A DNA stretch of 64,000 nucleotides from Nitrosopumilus sp. Its GTDB lineage: Archaea > Thermoproteota > Nitrososphaeria > Nitrososphaerales > Nitrosopumilaceae. Under the pieces are notes generated by a model, which saw only the letters and a list, made by a program, of their open reading frames with translations, made no database searches and was not told the DNA's origin. The position numbers and the translations under genes are program-made. Shown here one piece after another: positions 38,516-50,186 of the stretch (positions are counted from its first letter, which is position 1; each line of letters starts with the position of its first letter). The stretch is taken from the NCBI GenBank assembly GCA_965207075.1, contig CBDBLO010000002.1:384001-448000 (forward strand), in the 5' to 3' direction.

Positions 38516-38544
38516 TTCAAACTCTCGTTTTTGTCACAATTCTT

Positions 38545-38700
38545 CACGTGATGAATCTCCTTGTCTGCATCCATGAACTGCTGTCTCCACGTCTGAAGCG
38601 TCGGGGGGTGAACATTGTACTTGCGGCACAGTTCTGCCATACTGATATTGGTCTTGATTGATTCCAGTACGATCTGCCTAGGCCTCGGAACAGGGGGTGA
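38545..38700 (-). pseudogene. IS3-family OrfA (HTH) remnant
   Basis: ISMAELCRKYNVHPPTLQTWRQQF resembles OrfA at 63732-64000 (ISAAELCRKHNVSPATFQDWKDKF). Confidence 0.75.
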
Positions 38701-38734
38701 ACGACTTTTTGTATAAGAGTACGAACCACAGAAC

Positions 38735-40161
38735 AATTCTGTTTCCTAATTGCACCAGTAGGCACCCGCCTGGCCGGGTGTTTTTTGCATGTTAGTCAGG
38801 TATTTTTCGCCTTGGGTGTTAAGTGTGCATGACACGATGTCCCACCGCACACAAATGATGGGACAAAGATGCCAGGCACAAGGCATACTTGCAGGGCATG
38901 GCTTTAAGCATGGCGCGGCGGCGCGGTCCGTCCGCAGAGGAGGGGACTGTCCGTGAGCAGGGCCGGGCGCGGCGCGGCTGCAAAGACTGACAACGAAAAG
39001 TACGTCAGGCGCGGCGCGGATCTGGTCATTGAATATGATCCGGAGTGGGAGGATGACGTAAGGCGCGCAAACGAGGGCAAGGTGGGCGCCCCGTACCAGT
39101 ACGCGGACACGCTCATCATGCTGGCCGCCGGCATCAGGGTCGCGCAGGGGGTCCGGTACAGGCAGCTCCAGGGGATGGTCGGCAAGATGATAGGCAGGTC
39201 CAACGCGCCCGTGTTCAGCCAGCTGTGCAAGCGGATCAACGGGCTTGACGCGGACATCCGCCGGGGCCCGGACGGGATGGTGACGGTGTCGGACAGGGAG
39301 GGGCCGCGGGTGCTGGCGCTCGACGCGAGCGGGCTCAAGCAGCACAACAGGGGCGAATGGATGAGGGCCAAGTGGAAGGTGAGGCGGGGCTTTGTAAAGA
39401 TGCACGTGCTGGTCGACACGGAGACCATGAAGATACTCGCGCTGGAGGTCACCGACGACTCCGTGGGAGACCCGACCATGTTCGAGTCGCTGCTCGGACA
39501 GGTCGTGGACGCGGACGGCGCCAATGCGGAGGACGGCACGCGGCACGCGGAGCCGCCCGCCGCGCCCCGCTCCGACGGCGGCGGTCCGAGGTACGAAAAC
39601 CTGCTCGCGTCCGGCGTCTCCCCGCTCGCGTCGTTCTTCCCGGGCGCCCCCCGGGACCGGACCGCGCCCGACCTCCTGCTCGGCGATGCCGCGTACGGCT
39701 CAAGAAAAAACATATCCGCGTGCGCGCGGGCCGGGGTGACACCGGGCATTGCGCACACCGTCAACGTGACGGCGCGCGGCAAGGGATCCGGAGACGCGTG
39801 GGGCATGTCGGTAAGGGACCAGATGGGCGGAAGCCCCGACGCGACGCGCCTGGACCTGATGGGCAGGGAGCAGAAGAGGGAGAACCAGACGTACTGGAAG
39901 GCCCGCATAGGCTACGGCTTTCGCTGGCTCGTGGAGAGCGTGTTTTCGGCGTTCAAGCGCCTGTTCGGAGAGCACCTGTTGGCCCTCAAGTGGGAAAACA
40001 TCGTGCAGGAGGTAAAACTCAAGGTGATCCAGTACAACAAGTGGAGGGACGAGTCGATAGTGCGGGAGGCGGGAGGCGGGACGTCCTGATGGCATGACGC
40101 CCATGTCGCCGTCCGATAGGGACTCGGCAGGCATCCAGATGGCGAATTAGGAAACAAAGTT
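38735..40161 (+). mobile_element. IS5-family (IS903-like) insertion sequence, about 1.43 kb, complete
   Basis: TIRs AATTCTGTTTCCTAATT and (reverse complement) AACTTTGTTTCCTAATT; direct repeat CACAGAAC(A) at 38727 and 40162. Confidence 0.9.
38953..40089 (+). CDS. IS5-family DDE transposase
   Basis: LALDASGLK..RGEW, FVKMHVLVD, LGDAAY, GYGFRWLVESVFSAFKRLFG. Confidence 0.92.
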   Translation: MSRAGRGAAAKTDNEKYVRRGADLVIEYDPEWEDDVRRANEGKVGAPYQYADTLIMLAAGIRVAQGVRYRQLQGMVGKMIGRSNAPVFSQLCKRINGLDADIRRGPDGMVTVSDREGPRVLALDASGLKQHNRGEWMRAKWKVRRGFVKMHVLVDTETMKILALEVTDDSVGDPTMFESLLGQVVDADGANAEDGTRHAEPPAAPRSDGGGPRYENLLASGVSPLASFFPGAPRDRTAPDLLLGDAAYGSRKNISACARAGVTPGIAHTVNVTARGKGSGDAWGMSVRDQMGGSPDATRLDLMGREQKRENQTYWKARIGYGFRWLVESVFSAFKRLFGEHLLALKWENIVQEVKLKVIQYNKWRDESIVREAGGGTS

Positions 40162-40205
40162 CACAGAACATAATAAATAAATAGGGTAAAGTTAATAATC
40201 GTAAT

Positions 40206-40460
40206 ATGACAAAGATGATTCAAGTAAATCTTGAAACTGAAGGTACTGACAAAGATGAAGCACAGGAATGGGTGCATGAAATTGTCAATGTCTACGCTGA
40301 TATGGAAGTATCTGACGTAAGCATATCCGGAAATACGGTCTCTTTCCAAGCTGGTCTTTCTGGGATGGACGATACAACTTCTGAAGACATAAGACAAAGG
40401 ATCGACGAGTATAATACCATGACCGAAACGCTGCAAATTAAGAACATGTCATGCAGCTAA
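40206..40460 (+). CDS. Small acidic hypothetical protein (thaumarchaeal type)
   Basis: Clean 84-aa ORF with an AT-rich promoter-like region upstream. Confidence 0.7.
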   Translation: MTKMIQVNLETEGTDKDEAQEWVHEIVNVYADMEVSDVSISGNTVSFQAGLSGMDDTTSEDIRQRIDEYNTMTETLQIKNMSCS

Positions 40461-40612
40461 ACCCCATTCTTATCTTTTTATGACATAATGCAATAACTAT
40501 GTCTTGAGTCGGGGTGGACGTCTTTCTCTTTTTGTAGAATTTTGCATAGTCATTTTAGATCTGCAATAAACTAACCATTGGAACATACGGCCTAGCTTTA
40601 TTTCAGTAATCT

Positions 40613-40789
40613 CTATTGCTTTTTTAGCTCTTCTGCTTCGGCTTTTCCCAATATGCGAAATACCGTCGAACCTGTTGCAGAACTCTTGCCCTTTAGCGCC
40701 CAACGTTTGTTTTTGAGCTGGACTACTTCTGGTTCAAGAATTTTGACTTTTTTTCTTGCCTTGACGTCGTATGCTTCGTATTCTTTCAT
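40613..40789 (-). CDS. Small basic DUF5679/CC1-like putative chromatin protein
   Basis: MKEYEAYDVKARKKVKILEPEVVQLKNKRWALKGKSSATGSTVFRILGK. Confidence 0.7.
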   Translation of the reverse strand: MKEYEAYDVKARKKVKILEPEVVQLKNKRWALKGKSSATGSTVFRILGKAEAEELKKQ

Positions 40790-40880
40790 GCCCTCGCTAA
40801 GATATTTCGGTATATTAAGATTTTGTTTAATATTATTAATCATTAGGAAAAACTACATCTATCTTAATAATATCATTGCC

Positions 40881-41330
40881 TAGAGTAACGCTCATTGAAA
40901 ATTTCGCCTCATGATGGACAATCGCAGAAAAGCTTACTGATCGACGGATCGCCGCACCTTCCATGAACGAAAGCAGCAAGAGGATCCAGGAGCCGACGGA
41001 GGCCATGCGTGCAGAGAAGGACGTCAGGATCCGCAACATGATGATGGCAGTCCTGGGTGTACTAGAGGACACTCTACAAGTACCGCCTCTGATTTTGCAG
41101 ACGTGGATCGGCGCGCGGCGCAGCTGTGGGCTGCCAGGTTCGGCGAGGGCAGCATCGGTGGCCTCTGAGACGCTCCCGGGAGGGGCAGAGTTTCGTGCGC
41201 AAGGTACGGGCGGATCAAGAGACTGACCGACAGACTTGCAGTCAAGAACGTACTAACCCCGAGAAAGCTGCGGAACTGGATACGCGACAGGATACATGTC
41301 AGGTACAGACTGTGCAGCGCGCAGGATCCT
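40881..41330 (+). mobile_element. IS630-family 5' end and decayed transposase N-terminus
   Basis: TAGAGTAACGCTCATTGAAAATTTCGCCTCA equals the reverse complement of 60683-60713; downstream sequence is homologous to the IS630 at 59608-60713. Confidence 0.88.
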
Positions 41331-41679
41331 GTATGTTGGCATGCACGGAACCGGACACTAAAGTTCGAGCTAAAAGCGACTCGCGAAAGGCAGTAGCGGA
41401 CCTAACGAGACTCGGTTTGGATTCGTCACGTGACCAGAGGAACTTGGGTACGACAATGTGGGTGTGGGCGTCACGAAGCCGTTGGTTCTACTACCAAATG
41501 GGTCAAACGTACAATTTTTGTCACAGGCCGACCAACGTAGATTCGACACAGCTGTTCATTCTTAATTACGTAAATCTATGGGACAAACAGAATCGCCATT
41601 GTAATGTTTATGAATATGATCTGTTGTACATAATAAATATCTAAGAAACAATTTTTAGATGCAATGTTACTTGTAGGCC

Positions 41680-42435
41680 ATGGTGCGTCCAAAGATCACC
41701 AACGCTTTGAAGGGCAGTCTCGGAGAGACGTACTATAAGGAACTGTGTTCCCAGAAAGGTTGGGCATATTGCTCACTCGAAGTTTTGCACAGCTGCAAAG
41801 ATCTCGATTCTGTTGTTTTTAAAACAGGGTTTGAAAGGATACGAATAAGCATTCCTAACTCGATAAGACCGGAAGTGGAAAGGATATCAAAACCATCCAA
41901 CCAGACTGGCCGTGCCCCCAGTTTCGTGTTCGATTACCTCGCATGTAAGATGTGGCAAACAAATACCTCGCAAATACAGCATCCTGGAAGAAACGACTTC
42001 TGTTGGGCCGAAGTGAAGACAGGGTTGGGGATCTTTTCGGATAATCAGCACAAGACGCTGTCCGAGATCCGTCTGCCTATTGCAGTCTTTCACATAGAAA
42101 ATGTTTTGGCCAAGCCACAGTACATCGATATGGATTGGGACATTATGTCTGGAGGGGAGTTTGTAAAGCAATTAACAAGTGTGGACGAACACTACAACTA
42201 TGGAGATACTGACTACAAAGACAGGTATGATAGTAACTATCGTAGCAATACCAAGTCTGATGTGGGTTATGATAGCCATGGCAGATACAAGGATGGTACT
42301 AACAACTCCCGACACTCTAGCGTTGTAGCAAAATATGATGCTAAATGTGGTGTGTGCCACAAGAGGATAAAAGCAGGCACCGATCGAATAACGCAGGATT
42401 ATGTAGGTGATTGGATACACACAAAGTGCGCGTGA
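41680..42435 (+). CDS. Putative PD-(D/E)XK nuclease with C-terminal CCHC zinc finger
   Basis: GSLGE..., FDYLAC, WAEVKTG; C-terminal AKYDAKCGVCHKRIKAG...WIHTKC. Confidence 0.6.
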   Translation: MVRPKITNALKGSLGETYYKELCSQKGWAYCSLEVLHSCKDLDSVVFKTGFERIRISIPNSIRPEVERISKPSNQTGRAPSFVFDYLACKMWQTNTSQIQHPGRNDFCWAEVKTGLGIFSDNQHKTLSEIRLPIAVFHIENVLAKPQYIDMDWDIMSGGEFVKQLTSVDEHYNYGDTDYKDRYDSNYRSNTKSDVGYDSHGRYKDGTNNSRHSSVVAKYDAKCGVCHKRIKAGTDRITQDYVGDWIHTKCA

Positions 42436-42624
42436 GGGATTATCTTACTCGTTACAGCGTGACCGTTTCTGTAACCGGTTGTGGAAATTTCTTAAATGAG
42501 AACGGCTGCATTCGTACACCTTAAGACTAAAGTAGGGACGTACAGCCATGCGGTACAATCCCTCTGACTAAAGGCAAAGCGGTATTACAAAAAGGGTCTA
42601 AACCAGATGTTGGAGCGGGCCCAA

Positions 42625-42817
42625 AGGGACGGGAAGGGTTTTGCCGACTATTTCGGGCCCGGGCCTGCGTGGATCGTGCCTGGCCGAGCACTCTTCGGGA
42701 GCAAATGCGCGGGCCGTTACACCTTGTACTGACGCGTGGCCCTTGCACCTGACGCCAGACGCTTTCCAAAATCTTGGTCCAAGTTACCTATCCAGTCTTG
42801 GAATGAAGGCATCGAGC
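42625..42817 (+). repeat. Dispersed non-coding repeat, copy 1 of 3
   Basis: AGGGACG..AAG.GTTTT.CCGACT.TTTC...GA.CGTGCC...TTCGGGAGCAA.TGCGCGGG...CACCT.GTAC, shared with 44967 and 46707. Confidence 0.85.
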
Positions 42818-43039
42818 GGCTATCCTTCCATCTTCCGGGACTGGCCGATCCTCGGGATCCGTATAGGGCTGGAAGGTAGCGGAACCTGGATAGAAATGAA
42901 GGAATCAAGTGTTGGACTTGGCCGCCGCCTGAATCATGATAAACCACTTGCTGGTGCTCTGGTGATGCCCGCAACCTAAGCCAGAGTCAGGCCGCCGGAC
43001 AATTCCAGATGGGGACACGCAAAGTTGTGATAGAGACGC

Positions 43040-43490
43040 AGGCCCGCTATGGTGGACGAGTCCTCGCGCTTGAGTCCGCGTACGGCTTTTGCGCGGTGGC
43101 GTAGCGTGTTCTAGTTAAAGGACTCCATTTGGTTGGTGTGATGTATGCCGTCAAAGGCCACCCCGTTGACGCGCCCCGTGTTTTTGTGCAGAAAGTTCTT
43201 GACCCGGCACTGCTCTTTCCAAGCATGCTGGATGTTAGCGGTCTTGTCGGATATGAACGTCTCAGACACCTGCCCGCTATTTTTTTGGCCTGTGTAAACA
43301 TGGGCGCCATGTCGTAGTTGCCCTTGTACTCGGCCACCATCTTTGCGATCCAAAACCGGGTCTCGGTATACCGCATGGCAAACAGGTACTTGTGGTTGCC
43401 CCTGATCTTTAGTACTTGGTCAAGTCGTGCACGTTACACTTCGTACTACATCCAGTTCACGCACGGATCCACGCCACACCTGACCAAGTA
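43040..43490 (-). pseudogene. IS6-like DDE integrase/transposase remnant
   Basis: Frameshifted pieces KIRGNHKYLFAM..ETRFWIAKMVAEYKG, TFISDK, HHTNQMESFN. Confidence 0.7.
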
Positions 43491-43492
43491 CC

Positions 43493-44083
43493 TTACGTGT
43501 AGCGTGTACGGTGATCCAGGCCGCGTGTACGGTGATCCAGGCCGCGTGTACGGCGCTTTTTCGGATCAGTAAAGGCGCGATAAGGCACCAGGCCCGCGTC
43601 CCTCGGCTGTATCAGTGGATGATACGGGCAACCGTACTTGCTCAGGCCAAAGCACCAGAGATCAACCCCGTTCGCGGCCAACGCGCCTGCCACGCGGGCC
43701 GCCCGATTCTCGGCATCCCCGTGTATTCCCCACGCGGCCACTACGGTGTCTGCCCCGGAGGCATTGTCAACCACTACTGTCAGATTGCGTTCCCACACTT
43801 CGTGTGGCTCCGGCCCCAAGGCCATCAGATCCCGCGGGTCGGTCGCACGGTACGGTGACAGGTTGCAGACTGCCAAGTTGTCATACCCCCAGTCGATCGC
43901 GTATCTGATGCACCGTCGAATGGTAGCGTCATCCGTGGATTCATCTGCTGTGGACGGGTTGAGCATGACGAACATTAGTGTGCGTCCAGAGTCCGAACGT
44001 CGCCCACCACCAAACAGATCCCTTCTGAACAACTCATATCTGTACGACCGATCGTCAGATAGCGTGGCTGACTTTCTTATCAT
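43493..44083 (-). CDS. DUF1643 family protein
   Basis: ATLSDDRSYRYEL, FVMLNPSTAD..DDATIRRC, NLSPYRATDP, VVAAWG, PYHPL; 3' end extended by a 21-bp tandem repeat. Confidence 0.85.
   Translation of the reverse strand: MIRKSATLSDDRSYRYELFRRDLFGGGRRSDSGRTLMFVMLNPSTADESTDDATIRRCIRYAIDWGYDNLAVCNLSPYRATDPRDLMALGPEPHEVWERNLTVVVDNASGADTVVAAWGIHGDAENRAARVAGALAANGVDLWCFGLSKYGCPYHPLIQPRDAGLVPYRAFTDPKKRRTRGLDHRTRGLDHRTRYT
43504..43553 (+). repeat. 21-bp tandem repeat gtgtacggtgatccaggccgc, about 2.4 copies
   Basis: Exact duplication at the junction of the IS remnant and the DUF1643 gene. Confidence 0.9.
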
Positions 44084-44255
44084 GCGTCAGGCCCTGGCGG
44101 CCAGCTATTATAGCACTTTGCTGGCTCTGCTACAAAAATGGGCTAAACGTTAGGCTGGGTGACGCGGTTGATGGTGTGCAACGGTATGCGGGCAGTGGCC
44201 GTACCGGTGGGTGTTCGGGGCGCGACTGCGCCCAAGGGCCAAAAAGGAGGTCATT

Positions 44256-44828
44256 ATGCCCGTCCTGCCTGTTTCCGCAGGAGAGCCAGATCTCGCACAA
44301 TCTTTAATAGAACACGTGCAAATGAATGATATGACTCAGAATGGCGACATTTGTGACGACGACGCGCCGCAAATAGATTGGGTGCAGGACACCAAAAGAA
44401 TTGTCGCAGGGCTGGAACATGATAGAGTGTTGAGGGGAACGAGGTTCACGTGGGATCGGGAGGCGTTGAGCGTTGGCAGATGGCAGCTTAACTGCCCACC
44501 AGTGCGCAGCACGGGACTCAGCACTGCGGACATGGTTGACTATGCAACGTGCGCACGGATCGAAGTTGCCATGGCACAAGACCTGCTAGTCCGGATTGGC
44601 CGCGGATACAACGACATGCAGACCCGCACCGAATGCATGCTGAGGTTGTGGATGGCTTACAAATGGGTCGAGGCAATCTTGGCGCAAGACCCACCGGGCC
44701 GGATTGGCAGCGAGTGCAACGACATGCAGATCTACACCGAATGCATGCGGAGTTTGCGGATGAACCACAAACGGATCGAGGCAATCATGAGCAGAGTGGG
44801 TGCAGAAACTCCCGTCCAGGTACGGTAA
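44256..44828 (+). CDS. Hypothetical protein with an internal 36-aa duplication
   Basis: AGGAGGT Shine-Dalgarno-like motif before ATG 44256; RIG..NDMQ..TECM..L.M..K..EAI occurs twice. Confidence 0.6.
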   Translation: MPVLPVSAGEPDLAQSLIEHVQMNDMTQNGDICDDDAPQIDWVQDTKRIVAGLEHDRVLRGTRFTWDREALSVGRWQLNCPPVRSTGLSTADMVDYATCARIEVAMAQDLLVRIGRGYNDMQTRTECMLRLWMAYKWVEAILAQDPPGRIGSECNDMQIYTECMRSLRMNHKRIEAIMSRVGAETPVQVR

Positions 44829-44966
44829 CAGGTCCAAGCCGCTTGAGTCGTATCCTCCCTGTATGGACAATCCGCTGTGAGATGTCGCGTATGGGCACAG
44901 GGAACACTGCTGTACTGCGCACCGGGCAGGCCGAACCGCTGGAGTCTGGGACTGTAGTGGATCATA

Positions 44967-45163
44967 AGGGACGAAAAGAGTTTTGCCGACTGTTTCGGAT
45001 CCAGAATGTCGCAGAGCGTGCCCATCCGAGGTACTATTCGGGAGCAACTGCGCGGGCAGTTGCACCTTGTACGGACTTGTGACCCCTTGCCGCAGATGCC
45101 TGAAATTTTCCACAATCCGGGCACAGGCTATCCAATCGGGTCTTGGCTATAGAGGCGTTGAGC
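44967..45163 (+). repeat. Dispersed non-coding repeat, copy 2 of 3
   Basis: Homologous to 42625-42817 over about 200 bp, with single-base indels. Confidence 0.85.
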
Positions 45164-45216
45164 TCGTGAAAACATGATTCATGTGTTTCATAAGACATAA
45201 ATAATATAGCTATCCA

Positions 45217-46041
45217 ATGATAGCCATGAGTCAAGCACTCAAGAAGGCCACTCTCATGATGAGAATGCCAAAGGTGATCGATGAGTATGCAGGCTCGGCA
45301 TCAATGCCGCGCACTACTGCATACAATATGCTAATACGGCGCGGTCTTGCAGTGCGACAGATATTCCGTTTCTACTCACAACTCAACATACGGGGGGAGA
45401 AACTAACAGAGTACGGCATGGCATCAATGGACTATGCGGGGTATGTTATGGCCAAGTATGATGAGTATTACAAGGAGAGCAAACACAGCGTCATAAGCAA
45501 GACCATTGCACTTGATGAGAGTACGCTCAGTGTCATACGGCAGTTGACAGAAGAGTTTGACGTGACGGTGCGGCCCACAAACATCGGAATGGCAGGCATG
45601 TGCCTAGGCCTGGGCTTCATACATGACATTGAATTGGCAAATGACATGGACGCCATAGACGACTTGTTCAGTAAAGACGCTGTGCACCTCTCGCGCATGG
45701 CCAGGCGTGTATGGTCCGCCGCGGATTTAAACATACTTGAGAATCTCGGATGGTCTGTCTCTGATTTGGAGCGGCACGTTATACGCGAGTCCGAACTGCT
45801 GGGCATGATCTGCAGTGACGCGGAGTTGATGGAGAAGACCAATGTCGAGATACAGCAGAAGCGCCCAACCGCGCAGGACGTGCAGAACCCGGAACTTTTG
45901 GAGCAGCTCAACGACGAGAAGAACAACGACAAGCGTAGCGCGCTGATAAGGAAACTGCAGAGGCAGTACGCACAGGCTGGCAAAGTGGCGCAGGAGTACG
46001 ATAAGCGTAACTACCTCGGATGGTCAGAGGCGTTGTGGTGA
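45217..46041 (+). CDS. Hypothetical protein (mobile-element-like, possibly DNA-binding)
   Basis: Intact 274-aa ORF with an AT-rich upstream region; no family recognised. Confidence 0.65.
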   Translation: MIAMSQALKKATLMMRMPKVIDEYAGSASMPRTTAYNMLIRRGLAVRQIFRFYSQLNIRGEKLTEYGMASMDYAGYVMAKYDEYYKESKHSVISKTIALDESTLSVIRQLTEEFDVTVRPTNIGMAGMCLGLGFIHDIELANDMDAIDDLFSKDAVHLSRMARRVWSAADLNILENLGWSVSDLERHVIRESELLGMICSDAELMEKTNVEIQQKRPTAQDVQNPELLEQLNDEKNNDKRSALIRKLQRQYAQAGKVAQEYDKRNYLGWSEALW

Positions 46042-46135
46042 TACTGATGATTAAGAAAGACATGGAAGGCTTAGTTTCGCACGCCCCACCTTGCCACGAA
46101 CACTCTGAGCCCGCAAAAGTAAAAGGAGATTTAAT

Positions 46136-46318
46136 ATGAAATACGAAATGCCTGTTTTTACATTGTTGCCCGGAGAGCAGCAAGCCGTGGACGAGATCGT
46201 GGAAAAGCACAGACGGCTCGGCCACTGTCCGTTCTGCCACAACAAGGACATCGAGGGCCATGCAATCTCAATAGTCTTGGGCCGCAGGCGCGCGTGGGCA
46301 GGAGTACAGTCCACATGA
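46136..46318 (+). CDS. Small hypothetical protein with CPFC motif
   Basis: AAGGAG motif upstream of the ATG; 60 aa. Confidence 0.45.
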   Translation: MKYEMPVFTLLPGEQQAVDEIVEKHRRLGHCPFCHNKDIEGHAISIVLGRRRAWAGVQST

Positions 46319-46374
46319 GGCGGCGGCAAGAGTTGTAGTTCGGGCCGGTACGGCCGTCAATCGTTCCGGACATA

Positions 46375-46770
46375 ATGTCTGCAGAAGGGGGCACCGCGTA
46401 CCGCAAGTGCGTCGACTCACATGTGGAACTGGAGCGGGGCGGGCGCGCGTGCAAATACTGCAAAACGAGGGGGTGGAAGGCGCACGATCATCGGATAATG
46501 AGGGTGATTGAACTGAGAAGGGAAGGCTGCCGGAAAAAACGGGCCGCGTACGCGGCAGAGCGGGCTGTTGTTGCAACGGAAAGGACACTGCAGCCCGCAA
46601 ACCAGGGGGGGAGAGAGGAGGTCGGGTTCAACATTATCCCAATAGACAGGGACACTATCCACACCACTAACGCGGCGGGAAAGAACCGCAAGACAGGCTG
46701 GTCTGCAGGGACGAGAAGGGTTTTACCGACTATTTCAGACCCAGAACGACACAGATCGTGCCTAGTCTAG
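46375..46770 (+). CDS. Hypothetical Cys/His-containing protein; 3' end runs into repeat copy 3
   Basis: C..H.......CKYC motif; C-terminus probably fortuitous. Confidence 0.35.
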   Translation: MSAEGGTAYRKCVDSHVELERGGRACKYCKTRGWKAHDHRIMRVIELRREGCRKKRAAYAAERAVVATERTLQPANQGGREEVGFNIIPIDRDTIHTTNAAGKNRKTGWSAGTRRVLPTISDPERHRSCLV

Positions 46771-46836
46771 GATTATTCGGGAGCAAATGCGCGGGTTATT
46801 GCACCTAGTACGACTTGCGGCCTCTTGTGCCGTTGC
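46707..46836 (+). repeat. Dispersed non-coding repeat, copy 3 of 3 (cut off by the IS630 end)
   Basis: Homologous core; ends immediately before the TIR at 46838. Confidence 0.85.
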
Positions 46837-46837
46837 G

Positions 46838-46870
46838 TGTGAAGCGAAATTTTCAATGATCGTCACTCTA
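46838..46870 (+). mobile_element. Isolated IS630 3' terminal inverted repeat
   Basis: TGTGAAGCGAAATTTTCAATGATCGTCACTCTA is the exact reverse complement of 59608-59640. Confidence 0.9.
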
Positions 46871-46892
46871 GATCGACTCATGGGTTTGTAAT

Positions 46893-47552
46893 CTATCTCG
46901 TATATGCTTCCAGCCCAGTCTTTGTTGGAGTCCAGTTCTTTGGCTCAAATTTGCTTGGAAGTCTTGAAACCAGCCGGTCTGATTCTAACCCAATGTACAC
47001 CAGTCGCTCTATGATTGCATGTACTTCGCGTCCGGATACGTTTTGGAGCGGCCAGTTTGTAATTTCACTTTCTTTGTCTGTCGTATGACCATAGCGGTCT
47101 ACAAACCATTCAAGTGGTGTCCTGCCGTTGACGTGATATTCACAGATTGGTAATCTATTATATATGATTATATCATCAATTATCAGGACATGATGATTCT
47201 GACTGCTTGTGATATTTTTGGATGAGTCTTTTTTCTGATGGCCCCATCTTATGTTACGCGGCGAATTGGGAATGTTGTTTACGGGCATGCCTAAATCATG
47301 CCGCTTGCAGGTTTCCCATGACAAGTGAAGATCCGCCAACTCTTTGCCTATCTTTGAGAATGCCCAAAAGTCGGGTGCCATTGGAATGTGTGGAAGTTCC
47401 CGGGTGAGATTGTTTGCATACTTCTCTCGATATCCAGAATGGTGTAAGAGTCCATAGACGTAATAGAAAATATCTTCTTTAGTGACAGTATTGTCATTGT
47501 AATGTGTTCTATATTCTTCAAGAGCATAATCTGTAATGTTGTCTACCATCAT
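46893..47552 (-). CDS. Type ISP R-M C-terminal (LlaBIII-like) domain, separately encoded or fused by frameshift
   Basis: DNITDYALEEYR..Y....TKEDIFYYVYGLLH...YREKYANNLTRELPHIP, YHVNGRTPLEWFVDRY; the frame stays open upstream into the (AG) tract. Confidence 0.85.
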   Translation of the reverse strand: MMVDNITDYALEEYRTHYNDNTVTKEDIFYYVYGLLHHSGYREKYANNLTRELPHIPMAPDFWAFSKIGKELADLHLSWETCKRHDLGMPVNNIPNSPRNIRWGHQKKDSSKNITSSQNHHVLIIDDIIIYNRLPICEYHVNGRTPLEWFVDRYGHTTDKESEITNWPLQNVSGREVHAIIERLVYIGLESDRLVSRLPSKFEPKNWTPTKTGLEAYTR

Positions 47553-47658
47553 TCTTTCATCACTTTCATCGGGAATACTTGACCGTGATGGACTACTTCC
47601 AAGTCTGGTATCGTGTCGGTTATGAATACCGAAAACTTGCCCTGTATCTTGTATGGTA

Positions 47659-50130
<2,472 letters not shown>

Positions 50131-50186
50131 TTTATCTCCATGCTGTACAGTATCCTCGGCTTTCCAATCTCCCGAGTGTACCGGTA

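Noticed and set aside
42527-42979. ORFs overlapping the dispersed repeat (also 44983-45177)
   Set aside because: The reading frame is not conserved among the three copies because of indels and stops.
42625-46836. Canonical integron attC sites
   Set aside because: No clear RYYYAAC…GTTRRRY boxes or long bottom-strand palindrome, and no IntI gene in the window.
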